From the human T2T-CHM13v2.0 reference genome, Homo sapiens, in NCBI RefSeq assembly GCF_009914755.1, contig NC_060941.1: a stretch of DNA of 64,000 bases. One strand, 5' to 3'. The notes below the pieces were generated by a model that was not told the origin of the DNA, did not search any database, and was given only the letters and a program-made list of their open reading frames with translations. Shown here piece by piece: positions 1 through 20,220 of the stretch; position 1 is the stretch's first letter, and each line of letters opens with the position of its first letter. Position numbers and translations under genes: made by a program.

Positions 1-814
1 GAGATGGACCTCCTGGTATAAAGAGATAGACGTGAGAGGAGCAGACTCTTAACACATTGGCTGGCCCCCTTGCCTCCAGCCTTCGAAGGCTGTGAGATGA
101 TGCAATGACTGGAGCTGAGGCAGCCATCTTGCAACTATGAGGCAAAAAGCCTAAGAACAAAAACCAACACACACAGGATGGAAGGAACCTGGAGCTCCAC
201 CAAGCTATGGAACTAACTGCCTCTGCAGTTTTCTTTCTATGAATCCAATGTCTTTATTACTCAGCCACTGTAGTTGAGGAATTCTGTCACCTGCTGCTGA
301 ATACTCTCTGATAAAACTACAAACCAATACCCACATTTGGCTCTTAGGCCTATAGGTGAACTTTTCCCTCTTAGTGAAATTCTCCCCTTCTCATTTCTGT
401 TCAGTCTATCCATGTGTTAGGGCCCAGATCAAAGGCTGCCTCCCCCAGGAAGCCTTCCTTGAACATCTCCCACAAATCTGGAAGCGATCACTCCCTCCTC
501 TGCCTTAGAATTGGTCTCTGTCTTCCAACCCGCAGCACCAGTGAGGGCAGGGTTTACACCTGTCTTCACGGAGAGTGCCCCAGGCCCTTAGAAACATGCA
601 CACCAAGTAACAGGGGCTCAATTGATATTTGGTGAATAAAAGAATAGCTTTATTTCAGCCTCCTCACCATGCCCTGTACAATAGGGTTTATACAAAAGCT
701 TGTGAAATGGAGCAAGTTTCTCATGGCTCTCAGAAGTGGGGAAATCAAAGTAGACCACCTGCCGAGACCTCACACCACACACCCATGTACCTTTCTGGAC
801 AATTGAGGAGTCAA

Positions 815-1262
815 ATGGAGATGCAAGGAGGAAAATTTTAATTCTATGCAAAGCCCATTGACAGATGAATGAATAAGATGTGGTTGATACCCACGGTGGA
901 ATAAGATTCAGCCTTAAAAAGGAAGAACACTCTGATATGTGCTGCCATATGGTGAACCTTGAGGACATTACGCTAAGGCATGAAAGGACAAACATGACTC
1001 CACCTATATGAGGTCCTCAACTTGTCAAATTCAGAGAGACAGAGAGTAGAATGGTGGTTGCCCGGGGATGGGGGAGAGATGAGAAGTTGTTTAATGAGGA
1101 CAGAGTTTCAGTTTTGCAAGATGGAAAGAATTCTGGAGATGGATGGTGGTGATGACTGCACGCACAACAATGTGAACGCACTTAATGCCGCTGAACTGTG
1201 CACTTAAAAATGGTTAAGATGGTAGATTTTATATTATGTGTATCTTACCACAATTAAAAATT
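815..1262 (+). mobile_element. L1MB-type LINE-1 3' end
   Basis: Typical old L1 3' sequence: gatggatggtggtgat...actgtgcacttaaaaatggttaagatgg...ttaccacaattaaaaa. Confidence 0.8.
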
Positions 1263-1283
1263 TGCTTAAATGCTATGTGGAAC

Positions 1284-2892
1284 TGTGATATTGTTAAATA
1301 TACATTTGGTCTTCTTCCCTTTTCCTGGCATCCCTTCAGGCATACAACTCCTGAAATCCTTGGAATCTCCAAAGTGATGTCTTCTTGCATGTGAATGATT
1401 CACTGAGGGCTGGCAGCACCTAAGTAGCTTCAGGATAGGGCTGGTCAGAGGAAAGACCAAGGCAGGATCAGTCCTGGGAAGAGGAGAGAGAACTGACGGT
1501 TAAGTTGATCACCAGTGACATCGCAATCATATCATATTACAATCAATCGTATCTCCATAATGAAGCCTCCGTAACAACATAAAGGGACAGATTCAGGGGG
1601 CTGAACACATGAAGGTTCCTAGAGGGTGGTGCTTCCCAGGGAGGGCATGGAAGTTCCACACCCCTTCCCCATAACTTACCCTATGCATCCCTTCAGCTGT
1701 CTCCTTTGACGTATCTCTTGTGATAAACCAGTAAATATAAGTAAGTGTCTCCCTAAGTTCCGTGAGCCACTCCAGCAAGTTAAACCCAAGGATGTGGCCA
1801 TGGGAACCCCAATTTCAAGCTAGTTGGCCAGAAGCAGAGGTGAAACAACCTGGGGCTTTTGATTGACATTGGAAGTTGGGGAGCAGTCTTGGGGACTGAG
1901 CCCTTGCTACCACACTGGACTGGGGTCTGCTTGCCAAGTGCAGTAAAGCCAAACATCCACACTGAGGTTTTGCAGCAGGAGAAGAGAGGGCATTTATTTG
2001 CAGGGCACCAAGCAAGGAGAATGGGGACAGCTCATACTTGAGACCCAACCTCCCCAGTGGCTTACAAACAAGGCCTCTTAAAGACAGGGGTACATTTCAG
2101 GAAAGCAGAAGTTACAAGTACAATCATAAATCAATATACAGGGGCTACACATTGGTTTGGCCTAAAAACGTGGGATGTCTTGAAGTGGGTGCACTTCTGG
2201 GTCATAGGTAGATTCAAAGACTCTCTGATTTGCCATTGATTAAGGAATCTAGACTTTGTCTAAAACCTTGGGGTCAGCAGAAAGGAATGTTAAGGTCTGG
2301 CCTGTGGATGTGGCTTCTTTCAGGCCCCTCAGGAAGAAATGTAGATCAAAGAACAGCAAGAGGTCAGAGTTCAGTGCTCAGCTCCCCGTTCTCTGGAGTC
2401 TATGTGCCAGCAGACTCCATGTGGTGGGGGTCCAGGTTTTTGAAAAGCTCAGGGTCGGTGGCCGGTTAGCTCAGTTGGTTAGAGTGTGGTGCTGAAAAAC
2501 AACTCAGGGACATACGTGAAGATCTTATCTTCAGTTTCTATAGGGAACCAAACATCTGACTCTAACTTCCTTGGCTATTGTTTTATGTTACTATTACCTT
2601 CTTGCTTATCAAGCTGCTCATTTACTTCTCAGGCCTAGCTGGGTACCTGGAAGTTCCCCTGAAAGGACTCAAGATTTTCCTTTATCTCCTTGTGTGGGGT
2701 AGGGTGGCAGTGCTGGTGTCCCCTTAAGAGGGAGGGGTCTCTGCTCTGTCCCCTCCTCAGCCTGTGGTCCGATGTTGTCTTCAGATCGATGGTGTCAGAA
2801 CCCAGCTGGTGTCTGCTGCAGAAGTGCTTGCTTGCTGGTGGGGAACAATCCCCCTACATTTGGTCAGAGTGTTCTTTCTGTGTTGATTGTTG
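1284..2892 (+). mobile_element. MER21-type LTR interrupted by a second, reverse-oriented ERV1-class LTR (~1905-2748)
   Basis: MER21-like start tgtgatattgttaaatatacatttggtc. The motif gactgagccct...cctgtgg is split around the insert with a ~4-bp ccct duplication. Confidence 0.65.
2460..2495 (+). pseudogene. 5'-half tRNA-Ile retrocopy (acceptor 5' strand to anticodon)
   Basis: GGCCGGTTAGCTCAGTTGGTTAGAGtGTGGTGCTgA versus tRNA-Ile(AAT) GGCCGGTTAGCTCAGTTGGTTAGAGCGTGGTGCTAA. The T-arm and 3' half are absent, and the fragment is flanked by an imperfect direct repeat. Confidence 0.88.
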
Positions 2893-3384
2893 AGTGATAG
2901 GATAGAAAAAGCACTTTGGTTTGGGTTTTTCTATACCCACAGAGAAAGATACATATTCAAAGAGTTTGTAAAATGACGGGATACAGTTTAGACCAGAATG
3001 ACTCCAATAGGCCCACCACCCGCCTGAAGAAACAGCATTCCAGTCCCGTGGAGGCCCCGAGTGTCCCCACCCAGCTTCATCTCCCTCTCCTCTCAAAAAA
3101 ACTCCCTTGCTTTTTACAGTTCTGAAGGTGTATTCTTAAACAATATACAGTTCAATTTTACTTGGTTTTAACCTCTACATAAATGTAACAGAGAAAACAC
3201 TAAATCTCTTCTGTGGCTTCCTCTTCTGCCTGGGTATCTTGGGGTGAGCATTTTTATTATTATCTGTTAAACTTGCATGTGTGCCATGTTCTCTTTGGCG
3301 TGTCTCATACACTTAACAGTTACAAATAAATACATACAGTGCCAAATGTAAAGTTCAAAGTCTTAAAAAAAATAAAGCAGTTTA

Positions 3385-3748
<364 letters not shown>

Positions 3749-4251
3749 TCAGATGAGGAAGCCCTGTCCAGGCATATCACCAAAGAGAAGCTGCAAAATA
3801 ATAGACTGACACGTTTGATGACAAAATAGTTTAAAAAGCCTGTGGATTAAAAACACCTGAAGCAGAGTAGGATGGGCAAAACAAAAACTGTGAAAATAAG
3901 GCCCTGGAAAGATGAATATCCTTACTACGTGACGAGGCCCTTTCCAAATCAGACAGGAAAGGGGTGACAAGCCCCTCACTCTGGTTCTAATGGAAGTTGG
4001 TTCAACAGTTTAAGAGGGCATTGTATATCAAAAGGTGAAAAAAAAGCTCACCCTTTAACCTAGTAACCACATTTTTAGGAATTTTGCTTCAGGAAACAGC
4101 CCGAGATGTGCACTAAAATTCCTTTACAAGATGCCCTTCACAGTCACACCTCAAACCAGGGAACAAAATGGAAGTGACCTAAATGTGAAACAGTACGGCA
4201 TGGTTTAAACTATCAAAACTATTGAAATCATGTTGCAAAAAAAATCTTTCC

Positions 4252-4560
4252 GGCCTGGAGCGGTGGCTCATGCCTATAATCCCAGCATTTTGGGAGGCCG
4301 AGGCAGGCGGATCACAAGGTCAGGAGATTGAGACCATCCCGGCTAACATGGTGAAACCCCGTCTCTACTAAAAATACAAAAAATTAGCTGGGCGTGGTGG
4401 CGGGCGCCTGTAGTCCCAGCTACTGGGGAGGCTGAGGCAGGAGAATGGCTGAACCCAGGAGGCGGAGGTTGCAGTGAGCCGAGATTGCGCCACTGCACTC
4501 CAGCCTGGGTGACAGAGCGAGACTCCGTCTCAAAGAAAAAAGAAAAAAAAGGAAAAAAAA
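4252..4560 (+). mobile_element. Alu (Y/Sc-like)
   Basis: Full dimeric Alu with A tail and tctttcc flanking repeat. Confidence 0.9.
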
Positions 4561-4619
4561 TGTCTTTCCTTAAGTTGCGAAATAATGATGTTGTCGTAGC
4601 TTCCTGAAGAAGAAGGTGG

Positions 4620-5205
4620 TACTCCTATAGATTGCTGATTAGAATAAAACATGGTACAGCCACTCTGGAAAACATTTTGGCAGCCTTTCCTAAAGTCGAA
4701 TCTACATTTATCACAGAACCCAGAAATTCTATTCTCAGCTATTTACCCAAGAGAAATGAAAACATGTGATCACACAAAACCTGTACACAAATGTTCATAG
4801 CGTCTTAATTCACAATAGCCCAAAACTGGAAACAACCCAAGCGTCCCTCAACTGCTGAATGGGCAATAAACAAACCATGGCACATCCATACCATGAAATA
4901 CGACTCAGCAATAAAAAGGAATGGACTTTTGGCTCAATCTCAAAAGCATTATGTTCCATTTATACGGCATTCTGTAAAAGGTAAAACTCTAGTGACAGAA
5001 AACAAATCCATGTTTAGTGAGGGGGTGGGAGGGGTGGGGTGGGAATGGAAGTCAACCGCAAATGTGCAGGTGAGGTCTCTGGGTTGTGAAGGAAGGGTCC
5101 TAGGCAGGGGTTACACAGCTGTCTCCATTTATCAAACTGACACTTCTAGTTGGTGAATTTTAAAGTCTATAAATTATGCCTCAATTAAGCTGATTCTTTA
5201 ACAGT
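4620..5205 (+). mobile_element. Old L1M 3' fragment
   Basis: aaaatggtacagccactctggaaaac-type and aactggaaacaacccaa-type L1 ORF2-end/3'UTR motifs. Confidence 0.75.
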
Positions 5206-5221
5206 TTTTTAAAGCATGTTA

Positions 5222-5562
<341 letters not shown>

Positions 5563-6784
5563 CATGATTGGTAGGGTCTCAATTTTGTGTAAAACAGAAG
5601 TATACACCTGTGTTAGTCAGGACAGATTAAGACAAGCTGTGGCAACAAAACCCCTCAATCTTGACGGCTTAAGCAAACTAAGGTTCATTTCCTCATCATG
5701 TCCCAGTCTAAGATAAATTGGGTAATGTCTAAGGCAGCTCTGCTCCACACAGTGGTGCTGGCATCCAAGCAGCATCCATCCTGCGGTTCTAGCCTCTCAA
5801 CACGTGACTTCCACAGTTACTGCCAACAAGAGAGGAGGATGTGAGAAGGTCCCAACTCTTAACTGTCTCCACTGCGGTTGGTGCAGGTCCCTGCTGCGTC
5901 TGCCATCTGCCAGGATGAGTCGTGTGGCCTCAACTCAACAGGCAGGGAGGCTGGGAAAGGAAGGAGACCATGGATATGTGGCAAATGCTGGTTGTCTCTG
6001 CCGTAATATTTCCTTACAGTCCCAGATAACTGTTGCTCCATTTTTCCTATACAGAGAACACACCCCTCTTCCCTAAGGGGAAGAAATCTGTCCCACCCAG
6101 CACTGCCTCCAGCTCAGGGTGATGTGCAGGTCTATGTCTGTGAGGGTCCTCTTGTCCAGGGCCTTCTCGACTAAAATGATAAGTTACTTACCCTTCTCCA
6201 CACCCCCCAGTATACTCCGGTGGATACCACGGGCATCCTTCGCACCTAGAGCCTGTGCAGACATGTCAAGATTCATAGTGACTTTGAGAGCCCCGGGCCC
6301 CTTATTCTGCCTTTTGGGGTGTTCTCTTTCTGCCTGTTTCCTTTTTCTTCTTATCCCTATCTGGGGTGAGAGTTCCCTCTTTCTCAGTCCACTGCCTGTC
6401 TCCTAGAAGGGCAAAGGTCCTAATGTCATTTAATCCCTTTTTAAGTTTCAAGTCATCAAAGGCTTTTGTAAGCCAGGCATGGGATTTTCCTGGAATCACA
6501 TTCCCTTTAAACATCTAGTAGGATTCTGATCTAGTTGCCTCCAGTCTGTTCTGTGTGCCTTATAGGGATGATGGAGGATCAAGGCTCCCTCTACCTTAGA
6601 TGCCACTGTGTCTTTGGAGATCACCACAGCAGTAACAGAAAAAGAGGGAGGAGGCACACCAGGTCTTAATTGCTTCCAACTGGAAGTGACAGTCATTGCT
6701 GAGACTGGGAGGTCTTGCTACACGCCCCACTCATGGTGATTACAAGGGGTTCATAGAAAGGTCAGAGGGGCCGGAATAGTGCTA

Positions 6785-7135
<351 letters not shown>

Positions 7136-7299
7136 AACAGGCTGAGAGTAGAATCTAAAATGGGCAGAACAGAGACAACAAGAACCAAAAACTAGAAATG
7201 AAAGAAAGAAAGAGCAAGAGAGGGAGGGAGGGAGGAAGGGAGAAAAGGTTTAGGTAGGAAGGAAAAGGGGTATAAAATAAAGTACAAGATCCTATTTTT

Positions 7300-12520
<5,221 letters not shown>

Positions 12521-13799
12521 TTATAGGTAAAAATACTTTTTAAATTGCTTAGTATCTTCAACAGTACTTTAAAAATCTGGGAAAGAGATGAAACCAAACT
12601 ATCCCACCCTTCCCCGAGGAAGGTTTTGCCTGTGATCTGCAGGTGGTCGGGTACATTGGCACCACTGGACCAGGCAGATATTTGGCTGTACCAACCAGGC
12701 CCTTACAGGCAAATGCACTTCCCCTACCCGACTTCTCTTCTGGGAATCATGCCCGAGGAAATCATCTCAAATCTGAAATGCCAACAAAGCTGCCTGCGCA
12801 AGGTGTCCACATCGGGGCTATTTACTGGAGTGGACGCTGGAGTCAGAGGCCGCGTCCAGGGCGGGGAGTGTCTCGGGAAAGCCACGGAAAACGGTAACCA
12901 CGGGGCAGAAGGCCGCAGACTATGCTGGGGCGCCAGGGATGCGCATCTGCACATGTGACACATTCGTTTTGCAAACACGTGTGGGAAATGGACGGAAGCC
13001 AGTTATCAGCCTCCAGGGACACCCCGCTAATATTTAAAATGGAAACGCCCCTAACCCCTCCTGGGGGAAGCTGGCTTTCTCAAACTGCCCCGGAAGTTCC
13101 CAGGAGGCCTAGGGTCCCTCACCCCACTGCTGCCATGTTCCGTGTCGTTACACTCGCGACCTAGCTTTGTCGTTTTCTACTTGTCCCTGCCCGCCTGGAG
13201 GGCTCCGTTTACACCCGCTCCTTTTCCCACCTCCGACGCCCCTCCCAGGCTGCTGCCTGTGTCCACTTTCCCTGAAGATGGAAGAAGGTCGGATTTCCCT
13301 AGGAGGGTCCTCATAGGACCTGCCTGGCCACTCCTTGCCCCAGGACGCCCTGGGCCGGGCACCTCCAGAAACATCTTCCCGCATCCCCGGCAAGAGCTCC
13401 CTTTCCACAGACACAGAATCCTCTGCATATTTTCTTACACGAAGACCATTCTTTCTAAAAGAATCTTGTCCCCGCTTTAAAGTTTGTGCTCCCTCCCTGC
13501 AGACGGAATGACAGCCCCCACCTCTATTCCCCTCCCACAGCCGTGGACCCCACTGTCCCGGGAGAGACTGGCTCCCTTATGAAGACTACATTTCCCAACC
13601 TCCTTTGCGGCCACGGCTGGCCATGTGACCCAATACTGCCAATGGGGTGCGAGCGGCGCGAGATAGTGGATGAACCCACACCCGGCAGGGCAGAAAAGGG
13701 AGGGAACCCAGCCCGCCGTCGCCACCGTGAACCACTGACTGCTACAGGAGCGAATAATCGTCTACCTTGTTTAAACCATCATTAACTTGGGTTTTGGTG

Positions 13800-14122
<323 letters not shown>

Positions 14123-17100
14123 TAACCGAGCCTGCATTCTAACCAATAAACTCATTCTATTAAAACCCGCCTATGGTGCCCAGGGCCAGCAGGTTGTCTC
14201 TTGTCAGGTTCTCCCAGAAGCCAAGCCTGAGAGCAGGATTCAGGTGCAAATGTTTCCCTAGGGAGTTTCTCCCAGCTGAAACCAGTGAGGGAGCCAGGGA
14301 AAAAGAAGGAGAAGACAAGCAAGGGTTTCTTCAATTTCCATCCCTGCCGTGGCCTGAGCCCAAGGGAGCTCTGCAGCACAAATTATGCCCCTGAGTTTGT
14401 CCTGTCTTAAGGCAAAGGGCTAGGCTTTCCTGCTGCATACTTCCCTGAAGCAGGTTTGAGATGCAAGGGTTAGCAGCACAGCACAGAGCAGGCGGGGAGC
14501 TGGCTTGTCCCAGTAAGGAGGTCTGTAGGCTCTGGTCAAGGCACCAACATTACTCTATGCCCAGGAGTGCCAGACTCTTCGCAGCAGCTTTCCAGGCCCT
14601 CTGTGATTTCCACAACTGTCAACCTCCCCCACCCACCTCAGCCCACCTCCTCACACCTTGGCCTAACAAGATGAATGAGTGACAGCCCCACAAACACTTC
14701 CCCAGGACCTTCAACCGGGAGTGCAATACCCCCACCCCAGCAGCCTTCGTCCCCAGGACCTCCAACCAGGCACACTAACGCCCAGGCCTTCATCCTCTGC
14801 CTCTCGGAGATTTCTGGCAGACACCACAAGACCTGGGATAGGACTGCTTAGCAAAGCATGCTGGCATTTGCCCAGAGAGGGTGTCAGGTCCCAGCCATGG
14901 GACTGAGAACGTGGAGAAGCAGAGAGGTGTAGTGACTTGCCCAGGGCCACACAGCTAACAGGAGGGAGAAGCTGAGATGGTGAGGAGAGGAGAAAGCAGT
15001 GCCACAGAGAAGTCTAAAGGTGCGAGAGAAGCTGGGGGAAGTAGGCCTCAGACTCTGCGGGAAACCACCAGCGCTGGTGTGGAGGGCGTGGTCCAGTGGG
15101 TCAGCAAGGATCCCTGTAACATCAGGCGTCATTTGCCGAGCACTTCGTCATCAGGTCCTGTTCTCCCCACCATGATTCTCAGAGGCGCTGTCTCCTTGGG
15201 TTCTCCCAGTACACTCTCAGACACTGAGAAGCTTTGGACTCAAGTAAATCCTAGGAAATACCCATAGGGAAGTGGAGAAGTGAGACAGGGAAGAGCCAAC
15301 CAAGGCCATGTCATCAACAGAGCTACCGCTGGGTGCAACTGGAGCTCCATCCCTTGGAGATGGTGCAGGATATACACTTCCAGGTCTCCTCTCTTGGCTG
15401 GATGGATGCTCCTGAGGAACACCAGCCTCAGCTGGCTGGCTTTGCACTCACACAAGCAACCTTGACCCCTCCGCTCCACTTCACAGCAACCAAACCGTGA
15501 GGGACGTGGTGACTCGCTGAAAGTCATCCACAGACAGAAGGGACCAAGTGGGCCCCAAGAGGGGGTCTGGGTATCTGGCCAGGCTCTGCCCTAGCTCCAA
15601 TCAGGGCTCCAGGACTCCAAGATGGCAGGTCTGTGCCCACTTACAAGCACAGCCTGTGAAATCTCAGAGTCCCAGGACAGATGCCTCCAGCCTCCTAGCC
15701 CAAGGTTTAAGGGCAAGCCCAGCTCTGCCATGGATGTGCATCCTGAGGGACCCCACGGGGACAGATTGTAGTTGAAGGCGACTATAGGAAGCAAAATAAA
15801 TTTGGGTTTGGCCCAAGAGGAGGCAGTGGAGGCAGGGACCAGGGGGACAGCATTATTCATGGAGTACCTACTGTGTGCCAGCCTGTTCCATGCTGCAGGG
15901 TTCTGTTGAAACCACCTGCAATCCTGCCAGATCCTGCCCCAATTTGCAGATGAGGAAACTGAGTCTCTGAGAGGTGCAGTGACATCTTCAAGGTCATACA
16001 ACCTGGGGTGAAAGTGTCAAATTCAAGGTTGTCTGACCCAAGGACTGGGGACAGTGGGGGCTGAAGAGGCACGGAGTAGGGCTCTGAGGGCAAACAGGTG
16101 TGATGTTGCTGCTGCTGTTGTTCTTAATGCAATCAGATGATATCTCTCCCCGGCTCACAGCCCTCCAGTGACTTTTCCCCTGAATATGAAGTTCAGCCTC
16201 TCTGCCATGGCCTGCAGGGCCTGTGCCATCTGTCCTTCAACCCCTTGGTCTCTTGGGTGGCATGAAATCCCTGCCTGCCCCAGGGGCTTTTAAATTCAAA
16301 TGTAAAAAATTTAATTAATTAAATGTAATCATTTAATGGTAATTAAGCTTAACTAGTTTAAATGACTTTTCTAATTAACTTAGAGTTCACTGCTTCTCCT
16401 TAGGGAGTGATCATGGGGTGATGCTGGAAGAATGGGGGGAGCACGGCTTTCCACGAAGGTGAGTGCCTCCTCCCTGCCTGACACCCTGGCTGAGCAGGTC
16501 CAGGTCTGTCTGAGCCCTGGTACAGCTCTGGTTCTAGAACACAACGTGGCACATAGAAGGTGCTCAGATAAAGTGTGCCATGGGCCAAGCCCTGTGGAGA
16601 ACAACCCAGAGGGGTCAAGCCTGCTGTCAAGTTCATGCTGTGCCTCCTTTTCCTTGGATGTTGTGGGAATAGGGAGCTATGGAGGGTTTGGGAGGCAGAC
16701 AAGGAAAGAATTTCCTAGGCTAGTTCACAGAGCAACTCCCCCATCCGCAACCAGAGCTTGCAGCTGCTGCTGCCTCCCCAGGCCTCCCCAGCTCAAGTCC
16801 CCAATAAGGCTGGCCCAGAACAGGAATAGAGCAGCCCATGGCTTCTGCGAGGACAGAGGGGGTGGCTGCAGCTAAACCTGGCTTGGCAGGTGGCTCACTG
16901 GGGCTGGGCAGAGCCTCAGCTGGGGGTAGGGACTAGGGGCAGGACACCTGGGTTTCTGGGCTTCCCTGGCTCTGCCTCACTCTCTGGTGGCCTCAGGACG
17001 GGTCAGAGCCTCGCTGAGCCTCTGTAACCTCCAGGAGAAGCCAGCTGCCGTGGGCGTGAAGATACACAAGCTCTGATAAACATAGTACAGCCAATGTATA

Positions 17101-17478
17101 TATAGACCCTCCCACCTGGTTTCCAAAAGGATTTGCAACAGCTTTCACAAGAGGCGAAGAAATGAGCATTGAGAGTGAGCCAGGGTTTACACATGGGCCC
17201 CTCACGTCACAGGCCTGGGGAACTAGAACAGGGACAAGAAGATGGAGCCCAGATCCCTCCAGGAATCGCGTCTGTATGGGAGTGAGCTCCCCATCAGGGC
17301 AGGTATGCAAGCAGAGGCCAGCAGTCCTTGGTGGGGATGTGGTCAAGGGGATTGGTGCATCAGGGAGAGGTGTGGTCAGATGCGAAGCCCCTGTTGGAAG
17401 ATGAGGTGACTGGTACTGCCTGCCCACCACAGCCCCTGCCCACAGGGAAACCAGGATGAGATAATGCTGGTGTTGGGG

Positions 17479-18140
17479 GCCTGTATTCATCTGTTTCATT
17501 GTTGCTATAACAAAATACCACTAACTGGATGATTTCTTCTTCTTTATTCTTTTTTTAAATCGAGACAGGGTCTCAATCTGTCACCCAGGCTGGAGTGCAG
17601 TGGCAATCACCGCTCATTGCAGCCTCGAACTCCTGGGCTCAAGCAATCCTCCCACTTCAGCTCCTGGAGGAGCTGGGACTACAGACATGCACCACCACAC
17701 CTGGCTTTTTTGTACAGGTGAGGTGTTGCTATGTTGCCCCAGCTGGTCTCCAGCTCCTGGCCTCAAGCGATCCGCCCGCCCTAGCCTCCCAAAATGCTGG
17801 GATTACAAGTGTGAGCCATGTGCCCAGCCCAGACTGGGTACTTTCTAAACAACAGAAATTTCTCAGGGTTCTGGAGGCTGGGAAATCAAGATCCAGGCCG
17901 GCATCTGACAAGGCCTCCCTGCTGTGTCCTCCCATGGCAGAAGGAAGGCCGAAAGGCAAGAGAGTGCTGGAGGGAGCAGTGGAGGGCAAAACACCCTTTT
18001 ATTACAACCAAACCGCTCAGTAACTAACCCACTGGGAGATGGCTGGCAGCATTCATCCATTCAGGAGGGCGGGCCCCCAGGACTTAATCCTGCTGTGAGG
18101 CCCCACCTCCCAACACAGCAGCTTGGGGGACACATTCAAT
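17479..18140 (-). mobile_element. MST/MLT1A-type MaLR LTR containing an AluJ (~17540-17830, -)
   Basis: tgtattcatctgtttcattgttgctataacaaaatacc...aacaacagaaattt...ttctggaggctgggaa...ggggacacattcaa. Confidence 0.7.
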
Positions 18141-18459
18141 CCTTCTGGCCCCTGTCCATTCCCTGGGGGAAGAGGGACTTGACCACAGTTTCGGGGCTGC
18201 TGGGGCCTGAGCTGCCAGGTGGGCAGCACGGGCCTCCTAGGGCTCTGCCCTCAGAAGCAGAGCTCGGCCCCGAGGGAGGGCATGGGAACGGGAGCGCAGC
18301 CGGGACGCTAACCCCCGGCACGGGTGCTGCCTGCTGTTTGACTTGGAGCTCCTGGCTTCCCTTCTCTGAGGTGCAGAGTCCTCAGCCAGCACAACGCGCC
18401 TATCGGCTCAGTATCGGCTCGCTCCTGGAAAGCCTTCCCAGAGCAGACCCCCGGAATAA

Positions 18460-19307
<848 letters not shown>

Positions 19308-19699
19308 TGTCTGCTGCAGTTTTAATGCTGCCTGATGAGGAGGCTCTCACGGCTGTAATTGAACAAAGTCTACATGCCTCTGCCATCTCCCAGTCCAGAG
19401 ACTCATTAATCCCGGGCTTGGAAGAGGCGCCTGCCCGGACCCTGCTGCCTGACAGGAAATGCGGGCGTCCGGCCTCGGGGGAGGGGGGACCTGGCCGCTC
19501 CCCATCCCCATTCCCCCACCTCAGGGACAGGGAACAGGGGAGAGGGGCCCTGCCGCTTGAGACCTCCACGGGTAGTATAAACTGTCAAGTGCCTGGGCTT
19601 TGTAAATGTTAGTGACCTGCGCACTGGCTTCCGCACTCTGATGGCTGGACACGCTCTGTAAAAGCCAAAGGGTCCCATAAATGGCAAGGGAACTGCAAA

Positions 19700-20220
19700 C
19701 GACTGGGGCTGCAGTCGTGCGCGGAGAAGCCTGCTCTCTGTGAAGGGCTGCGGCATCCAGCCAGGCTTGCGGCGTCCAGCCAGGCCTGCGAGCCGCGAGG
19801 GGCGCGGTGGGCTGCGGGGCGCTGGGTAACTTCAGGGGCGCGCACGGTAAATCTCTAGGCGTTGGGTCTGCTGCTGTCTGCAGGCTGCAGAGTCCCCGGA
19901 AGCCCCGAGGGCCGGGCCAGGGGGTGCACACGGGCAGGACAGCCGCAGAGGCCGAGAACTGGGCTGACGCGTGGCAAGCCCGCGGCCTCCAGCTGCGCGG
20001 AGGACGCACGAGGACGCGGACGGGCGCTCGGGGCCGGGCGGGGCTCCAGGACACGCGGTTGAAGCCGAGCTCTACCGCCCCCTGGCGGCTACAGGAGACA
20101 GAGCCTGGGGCCGCGCCCCGGCAAGGGATTCATTCCCTCCCTCCCCCCTTCCCTCCCTCCCTCATTCATTCTTTCATGTGTTCATTCAGCAGAAGCCGAG
20201 CGCTCCCTCGGTGTCGGCAG
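19700..20220. promoter_or_regulatory. CpG island-like GC-rich element ~1.4 kb past the MAP2K3 3' end
   Basis: Dense CpGs (e.g. gagccgcgaggggcgcgg, gctgcgcggaggacgcacgaggacgcggacgggcgctcggggccgggcgggg) and GC boxes. Confidence 0.7.
20072..20092 (-). promoter_or_regulatory. Strong CTCF core motif
   Basis: Minus strand GTAGCCGCCAGGGGGCGGTAG matches the CTCF consensus CCASCAGRGGGCR closely. Confidence 0.7.

Noticed and set aside
2460-2495. Functional tRNA gene
   Set aside because: Only the 5' half is present, with no B box or T-arm.
14695-14775. Two imperfect copies of CCCCAGGACCTYCAACCRGG about 51 bp apart
   Set aside because: Only two units; ordinary micro-duplication with no array structure.
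16290-16385. AT-rich, partly self-complementary island in GC-rich DNA
   Set aside because: Short and low-complexity; most likely a degraded DNA-transposon fragment.
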